From Laetmonice hystrix (lineage: Eukaryota): a DNA stretch of 64,000 bases. Below, piece after piece: positions 54,601-63,600 of the stretch. The stretch spans positions 17,670,001-17,734,000 of the forward strand of contig OZ249444.1 in NCBI GenBank assembly GCA_965235115.1. Reading direction: 5' to 3'. The notes under the pieces were generated by a model. That model saw only the letters and a program-made list of their open reading frames with translations. It made no database searches and was not told the DNA's origin. Both the position numbers and the translations under genes were made by a program. The stretch's first letter is position 1; every line of letters begins with the position of its first letter.

Positions 54601-57600
54601 CACCTTCAGTACAGACAAGAAGATGAAAAGAACCAGAGTTGCGAGATGAAACCCTAGAATGCTATCCGCATATTCTGTATTGACACTGATAGAGTAATCT
54701 TGAGGGAGTGGATTGGTAATTAAAGGTGAACCACCTGTGAGACAGGGCCCCCATGTGCACATAACCTGTTGAGAGCAAGTAAACAAGTAGAACCTGGTTA
54801 GTCGGTAAGTGGATTTCCCTGCTCACCCATAAAGCCGACAAACTGGGTCGTCCAGGTAATGGCTACTGTTGTTGTGGCTTGTAATTACCTACACCTGGTA
54901 CCGCCTCGGTTACCATCAACATCTTTCTGACGGGCTTTGTGGCTTGTGTCAACCGAGGTACAATGTACATGGCGTTTTATATTTAACTCTTCCCACTTAT
55001 GCTTAAATACAAAACTGCATGACAAAGGGTATCGATAACTGTGGTATTAATATCAATTTTTGGTCTCGCACAGACTTACACCGGGTCAATAGTATGGAGC
55101 GGGCGTTAGGTACGGTATATAAGAGCCTTCAATCATCATCATCATCATCATCATGAGCAGCAGCAGCAGCAGCAGCAGCAAAAATCACCTTAAAAATACA
55201 CAATTCAGTGGTGGCTCAATGCTTTGGGACTGGGAGAATACTTACTGATTTACAAAATGGTGGATCCTAGAGGGATCAAGCCAAAAATTACATTTAAACA
55301 AATGAAGATTCGGCTCCAGACTCCCCAGTTTTCCCTATACCCCTCCCGATCGCTCCCTGGTTTTTTGTAGTATTCTATCTCTAAACCATTGAAATTTCCA
55401 ATTTGGTAAAGTGTACTCCATCATCAGTGTGAATTTTCCATGTTATTTTGGTTGACATTTGTAGAAGATGTATTGTATAAAAAGCAGTGTGCCGCTGTGG
55501 CCTGCCCGGTGTGAGTGTAGAAGGTGTGCCGCTGTGGCCTGCCCGGTGTGAGTGTAGAAGGTGTGCCGCTGTGGCCTGCCCGGTGTGAGTGTAGAAGGTG
55601 TGCCGCTGTGGCCTGCCCGGTGTGAGTGTAGAAGGTGTGAAGAGTGCGGTATGCGGTAACCCGGTGGATTCCGTTACAGTAGATAGAACAAAGGGAGGTG
55701 GTGGTGGGGGGAGGGGTTGGGGTCGTGTTTGTTTGGGTGTGGTGTGAGGAGGGGTGCCAGAGGTAGCCGGGAAGTGTTTGGGTAGATGAAGTGGCAGGAG
55801 GCCGAGATGATACAGCTGACACGGTCCGCCATACCAAACATTCCCTGCTCGCCGTCACCCAGACACTACAAGGGCGCCCATTGAGGTTCTCACTCTGATC
55901 TTTTACTGATTTGGGATAAAAAAAAAAAGGGGGGGGGGAGTGGTGGTAGCCAAACTTGTATTCATACCACCTTGAAATAATAGAGCTGTTCTCCTTTCTA
56001 GTAAAATGCCAATGCTGTGTGCGTTACCTTTCGTTATGCCAGTATTGAAATGTTGGCAGATGCGGATGATCGATGAGCCAGTCCCTCTCCCAATAAAATG
56101 AGGGATTCGGTCATTTAGTTTAACAAAGGCTGCACCCCTTAGAATATCGGAATGTCTGGTGCCAGGCAAGTTTTAGCGATTGGCACTGGTTTAGCAGAAG
56201 TAGAAACTGGCAGTTGAGGTGGTGAGCTCGTTGTGGGCGCTGAAGTTTTGAGACTTTGTTAGCAGCTGGTGTCTGTGAGCCTGAACATGGGAGACCTCGG
56301 TGTGACGGCCACGGAATCCAGGAATTAGTGCCCTCTGGCGGCAGTCTGTCGCCACCACCGAAGACGGTCTCATAGAAACACTAGCGCCCCCACCGGTCGA
56401 TCAATAAGTAACAATCTCAGTGAGCTCCACCAGGCAAAAATGTGATGTGGAAATCTGAAACTCTATCGGTTGGAAACCAATTACGTGCAAGAGTCGTGAC
56501 TGCACTTGGTGTCAGGAGCTGGGGCCCAGATAGGGTGGAGCTATAGTGAAAGTTTCACTATTTTTAGGTTGCCCTAATGTCCACTGGAGATTGTCAAATA
56601 GCTGAAGGTCCCAATTGAGCAATGGACACCGTGGAGAGACCTTTTGTCAATAAAATAAGATCAAGTGCCGGTTGACGGGGAAATTGCCAGTCTGGGTTTT
56701 CATCAGAGTAGGTGTATAGCACAGGTCAAGTGGAACGGTTGGGACAGGACGGTGTTGACCAGGACCGGTGGGTAGTGGTCCCTACAATTACTGCCTCATT
56801 GGTATGCTAATTGTGGACCATTGTCGTGAGAGGGACAGAGACAGCCCTGAGGTGAAGTGCCACGCTAAACGTTAATGGACTGGGGGTGTGTGATTGGGGT
56901 GAACGGTTTCACCCCACACGTAGGTTTAGGGTGACAACAGATCGGCAGACCACCCTCATTCTAGTTCTAGTGTGAGGGTTGAATCTTTTGGGAGCAAGGA
57001 ACGTGGATGGTATCTTACCCTGAAAACTGGAGGTTGGTAGAGTTCGCAACGAGAGATGAGCAGCAAAGAGTTGTCTTGGAGTTTGGTGTGCAGCTGAATC
57101 ATACTGTGAAGCTGAAAGAGTCTGCCTCCATTTCAAGTGCAGTTCTGAGATGGTGACGAGTTGCTTGCATGTCACTCAGGATCCTAACCTTGTATCTCTG
57201 CAGGTTACTGGTCCAGCTAGAAGAAACAGAACGTAATTTTGACGACTTCTGGAATCAACATGAGCAAAGACTTCAGCAGTGCCTGCAGTTACGAAAGTTT
57301 GAGGAAGAATTCAAACAGGTCAGTTTCTATGTGATCATCTTAACCAGATCTAGATTTAAAAATAACCTTTCCGTTCATCTCCCGTGTTACTTTCTGCAGG
57401 TGACATCTTGTATATATTGATGCACTGAATATGACGGAATTCTTGTCTGACCCGTATGAAAACATATTGAATACAACGTATTATGGGTCCATCCCGCATT
57501 AGGAATAAACGTAGAAAAAAGCGACATCTCTTGCTGGAGTTTGTGACGTGGTATGTTTTGGTCTGTAGGTTCAGTACACAGTAGAGCGACACGAAACGAT

Positions 57601-60600
57601 GCTGGAGACGATGTCGGACACGGGCGATTCTATATCACGCGTAGAGCACCTGCTGAAGGAACTGGCAGACTTTGAGGATGAGTCAAAGGTCAGTCTTTGT
57701 CATGTTAGAAGGTCAAAGATCAACAGTGCTGGTATTAGAACAGGTGCAGGAAACGATCTAGGTCTAGCAGGCCTGGTATTATAATGGTAGCTTGGATCGA
57801 AAGTCAGCGCTGAGGTTTTGGTATCAATCAGTGTTACGTCCTGACATTCTGGAAATCGCATAAATGAAAATCTGAGGTTCTCTGCATGAGTCAAACTAAG
57901 GTTCTACAGTCCACAACTGTTTTACATCGTAATGCGACCTTTCTTTCCTTGTTTTGAAATGAACCAAATGATTTGTTAAACGATCCCTGGTATTGATGTT
58001 GCCAGGAGGACATAATGAGAGCGGAGCAGTTAAAGAGTACAGGAGACCAACTGATTGAGGACGACCATTATGCTGTAGACTGCATTCGTCCTAAGTGTAT
58101 TGAGTTACAACGTATGTGTGCCCAGTATAAGGAGATGGTTAGGGCACGGTATGAGGTCCTGAACCGGGCGCGCGACCTCCACGACAGGATAGATAAGGTA
58201 TACCATATATAGAGTTACTATCCAACCTCGACCCACTGTGGTTAACCAGGGAACATTGCACTGGAAGGAGGTCTTCTCAGACACAGGCAATTTCTGATAC
58301 ATAGGAAATGTTAACAAAGAATCAATACAGGGTTCATACACATAAGGAATGATGTTATCATGGAATCTTTGAAAGATGTTAAAATGTACCTTTGGAAGCA
58401 AACATTATCTGGTGGTAGGACACAAATTCAGAAAGAGCAAGCCCTATTTCTGTTAGCGTACATATATTATAATATTGGTTGTGAAATGTTTTCTGACAGA
58501 TGTTGACGGTAATTTGTCTGTTTGATATTCTCAGGCCAACAAGTGGTGTACACGTGGGGTGGACCTGCTGGCCAGCCAGCCCATAGACAAATGTAACACA
58601 CCAGGTGGCGCTGAAGACGCGCTGGGCGAGCTGCAGGTCTTCCTCAACACGGCCGACGATCTCAAACTCAACAACCCCAAGGAGTTCAGGACCCTGTTTG
58701 AGACGATGATCACACCAGATACAAAGGTCAGAACCCACGCCAGTATAAACAAAAATATCGTACCATTTGAGATTTACCTCAATACTGATTGTAGGGTTCA
58801 AGCTAGGGACTAGCCACCAAGTGAAAATTTTACGAAAATGAACTCTTCAAATTTGTTTTTAAACACACTTGTTTTCCTTGTCATCCTTTTAATTTCATGC
58901 CTTTAATAATAATTGTGTATTTACAGAACGCAGTCCAAGAGGTTCTGAAGAGGATCGAAGATGTCCAGAGTATGTGTGACAAGCGGCGTGAGACCCTCAA
59001 AAAGCAGGTTGCCAAGGCCAACCGTCCGGTACAGCCGGTCACCCCAGAGCCAGCCACACCCATCCACAAAGTTCCAAGTTCTCCCTCCATAGACTTTGAT
59101 AAGAAACGGAAAAAGTCCACTAACGGCATGCGGCGAGGCAGTAGTTCAAATAAGGTGAGAACCAAAATCAACTATCCAATACTTCATTTTCACACTCTCC
59201 AACTTTTTATTTTGAGTAAAGAAAGTCTTTTATGACTGTTTTGAACGCCTCTTAAAGTTTAAATTGCGTCCGGTTTTACGATCCAGAGGGACGTGTATGT
59301 CTCAGTTTTCACTCTTCCAATGTCTGTCCATTTTCCTTCTCTTCAACTATAGCCAAGATCTCTCATTCATAGGTATTTGACTCTAGCTACAATCAGCACT
59401 GGTAATTCCTGTAATTACTAGCAGTTCTCCCCTCTGTCTAGTCTGCTGTATGATTTCAAGATGTTGACCTGTAGGTGTGGTAGAAGTGGTTAATGTTGAG
59501 GTGCTCTTACTGTTACAGTTAGGGGCTCGTATTGAGGTGGTACGTGACGGGAGTCTCAGTGACAGTAGTGGGTCTGTCGACATTGACACCACAGATTGTC
59601 CCAGCGGGAAAAAATCCGATCCCACCAGGGAACTGGATACCCTACACGCCAAACGAGGGTAAGTGATGTTCTGCAGCATTTTCAAATATATTTTCATGTG
59701 TGGTGCTTTTGGTGGAGTTCGTATGTAAAGATCAATGTGTCGATACCTACAAGAGATCCCTCACTTACTGGTTTATCTGGCAAGGCCACTGTCTCTATTT
59801 TACGCTGAAACTACACAAAGAAATTAAACATTAAATCGTGTTTTTTCTTTAACCTCAGGGATGAAACCAGTCAACGGTGGGTTAGAGGGCATGTGACTGT
59901 GTCTGTTGCAGTTATAACGTATTAATTAGGCCTCCATCAGTTAACTATAAGGCATGGTAGCTGTTTTACCCCATCTATCCAATTTATAATTAAGGTAGTC
60001 TGCATTAAGTCACACCTTTTGCAATGTTATGTAAGATGTCATCTTCAGGAGTTATGTTTGCCTCAAACAATACGATAGAGGTTTCTTTTTAGGGCAATAT
60101 TTAGAAAGGTACATTTAAGCGTAAATGCATCCCTTAGAGGTCTTGCATTTACAAGTTCGTCAAAGACTTTACAAAAGTTCAGTAAAGACTGCAGAATCTT
60201 CACCCATCCATACTACCGTAGTTCATGAGGTGACCCTTGTGTTGATATGTAGGACTTTGGTGTCGAATGGAAGCTTCATTTTGCGGGGTCCCAGTTCCAC
60301 GTTATAAATCTCACTAAATAGTTGCAATGTGCATTATTTATATTTTGACATTTTTATTTGCTCTTAGTCTTAACATTATGCTGTTAGCTTGTGAAATGAA
60401 TTATTATTCTTAGGTTTTATTACTGAATGAGGTTTTCGGTTTGTGTGAGTCCAAACGATGCTTGCCGGATTGCTTGACACATGCCTAACCATGAATAGCT
60501 TATGTACCATTTATATGGTCGAGCATTGTGAGCATTTTATTGGCCCTGTATAAATGTGTCTGTCCGTGTTAAATTTCTAGCCTCCTTTTGTGTGAGATAA

Positions 60601-63600
60601 AGTAAAAACACTTGACGAAAGAACATACAGCTTGCAATAATCAGGAGAATATCAGAATCCAGGTTTGAACTTGTTTGGTAAAGCCGTCTTTGTACATCCA
60701 CAAACCGGCTTTATCAACCAAGCAAAAGTGGAAGTCGGAAAAAAACAGCCTCTTGAGTTGTTTTATGAAACTTGTCTAGGTTAAAAGTATCCACCAATGA
60801 ACACATCACAAGTCAGAAGAAAAACATTCGGTGTGCACGTTAGGATTAATCTTGTTTCAAAATGTATAAGTGTCGTCCGAGAATTTGACACCGATGCATT
60901 GTTGTATTTTGCACTGCCTGTTTTGTTTGTACCGTAGCCAGAACCGGCATGTGTTGAATGTCTGTTGTTTGTCGCAGCACGTCCACCCTGAGAAAGATAA
61001 AGGCCAAACTGAGCTCAATTCGTGAGTCTGAGTCACGAGAGAAAAAACAAGGGTGAGGAGGAGTCTGCAGCCAGTAGTAAACGATGATCTGATTGGCTGA
61101 TTCTGTTTATAATCGGGGCTTGGAGTGGACATGTATTAACCATTGTGCATATTAACAGCAACAGCTTGCCGCAGCGCCCCCTATGTATCGTGTCATAAAT
61201 TACCACCTCTCAAAAAACGCTAGACGCCTAACCCAACACCTTCCTGCCCCTGCCAGTCGCTTTGATAACAATAACAAAATTTATGTTGGCAATTTGCGCC
61301 GGAAAAAAATAAATATGGGAAAGTATGAAAATATTGGGGTAGTAGGTGAAAGACAAAGTTTTAAATTACGAGAGAGGAATATTTGAAAATAATGGGTGTT
61401 GAGAGAAAGATGGTTGGCTTTGGTTGAACTATAGGTACATGGGTACCTTCCAGTGTTGGAGAGGTGCATGTTTGCTTGTCGCCGAGGTCAGGTGGTTCCG
61501 AGAAGTTTTACCGTAGTCGGACGTCTTGGTCCAATAATGCTGACAGGCACTCACTCAGAGTAGACGTGGTGGATTTCAGCTGAAATCTGGACAGAACCTA
61601 ACCTCAACTGCCAGTCTCTACCCAGACATTCTTAAATAAAGAATAAACTCCATGAATAATTCAATTTCTTCTCCCAAGATACGGTCCCTGGCTGTGTTTG
61701 TAAAGTCTGCCTAAGAAGTAAATCTGGCACACAATGGGAGATTCTAGCTTCCTTGCTTGTCATTATAGTTTCAAAGGATGTGTTCGATGAATATTTGCTT
61801 GGATGCTAAATCACACTCGATCGTTTAGGCTTTGAGTTGCATGGCAAATGTCTGCATGAAACTACATGCACATTACGATCCACTCATCAAACATCCATTA
61901 TTTCAGTCTTCCATTCATCACGAATTGAATATCGGATAGTAATTGAGAAATGAGAACTTTTATGATACGTACCGTAGTGACTGGCCAATAATAATTATGT
62001 TTCGCTTCTTTCGTAGCTAATCATTTTAGTTGTATTGGTTGTTTTTGCTGTGTATAGCCTTTCTTTGATAGAATTGTATAGTTTTAAGTTTGGCTCACTT
62101 TTGATATTTTGTTTGGACCTGTTTCAACAATGCACTAGCATGTAGTTTATCAAAAGCTATTCCATGTGTTTGCTGTTTAAACCTTCCGTCCGATAGTTTT
62201 GCGTTTTCAAATGTCCGCGTAGATGCAGTTTTTGGAGCAGTGTTTGGGCGGGAACAGTTTTTGGAGCAGTGTTTGGGCGGGAACAGTTTTTGCACTAGTG
62301 TGTGGGCGGGAACAATTTGTCATAATGTGTGTGTTCCTCTTTCAGACACGTGATGCGAGAATTGATTGACACTGAACGTATCTACGTGTCAGAACTACAG
62401 AGTATCCTGGATGGATACGCCAGCAAGTTTGAGCAAGAGAATGCTGAGGAAATACTACCAGAGCAATTGGTGGGAAAACGACATGTGCTCTTTGGTAACA
62501 TGGATGAAATCTACAACTTCCACTCCACGTAAGTCGCAGCTGAAGGGAGCTCCAAAAGTTGTGGCAGTTATTTACATGAGACATTTAGATGACTTCCTCT
62601 GATCACAGCTTTTTATAGCATACCCCTGGTATATGATTCCAGTCTGTACCTCTTTAACAAATATTTTGAAAATGCATGTTTCAAGGCCAGTTGGGCGAGG
62701 GTCATGTTTCAGGTCATCAGTTTGCTGATTTTTCACTATTTCTTCAATTTTTCAGAATATTCCTAAAGGACCTGGAGAACTGCAGAAACACGCCAGCCAT
62801 GGTTGGCAAGTGCTTCATAGCCAGAGTAAGTTTGTGGAACATTAGATAATGATTGAATATCAATGGTCTTTCGCAATTGTAACTGCCTCTCAATTTCAAT
62901 TTAAAACTATTATGAAATATGTACTTGTAGTTTATAATATTTGCAGCTAGCAGATGATGGCTTAGTCTGCCTTTACTCAGGACTCCCCCTCACTGTCTAC
63001 TCTAGCATGTCTGAAATTCAAACAAGTGACATTGAATGATATTGTTTGTAGAGAGAGGAGTTCCAGATCTATAGTACCTACTGCCAAAACAAACAGAAGT
63101 CGGAGGCTCTGAGGCGAGAGGTTGGTGACGGAAACCCGTTCTTTAAGGTGAGATATTATCAACAACTTCCATGTGGTACATTTATTTATCGAATTAAACC
63201 GTTTCCAGTGCATTAAATTTTGATCTAAATTTGACATAAAAGAAAATACGTAGGAGTCCCTTTCAAGAAGATTGAATTTTAATTGCAGGAGTGCCAAAAA
63301 CGGTTGAACCATCGCTTGCCGCTTGGTGCTTACCTCCTTAAACCAGTCCAGAGAATCACCAAGTACCAACTACTACTTAAGGTTTGTACTACACAAGGGT
63401 TGTATATCTCTCCTGGTATTCACTTACAAAATATATAACGATCCATTCTGAGAGCGAGATAATAAGCCAGTTCGACTCAGATAAAAAAAAGTGGGGGGGG
63501 GGGGAAACCAAACCAGTTCCGTCTCTCATAGCATCATAACATGACGTCATACTCTATCTTGAGCTGGTGATGAGCAGAGATATTTGTGACTGAAGACGTG

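Noticed and set aside
57483-57550. ATG-led basic peptide MGPSRIRNKRRKKR with a phase-2 donor
   Set aside because: The following exons are phase 0 and the nearest acceptor is only 18 nt away.
59353-59372. 20-nt exon after a strong pyrimidine tract
   Set aside because: Weak donor (GTATTT) and inclusion gives an immediate stop; could be a poison exon but is unsupported.
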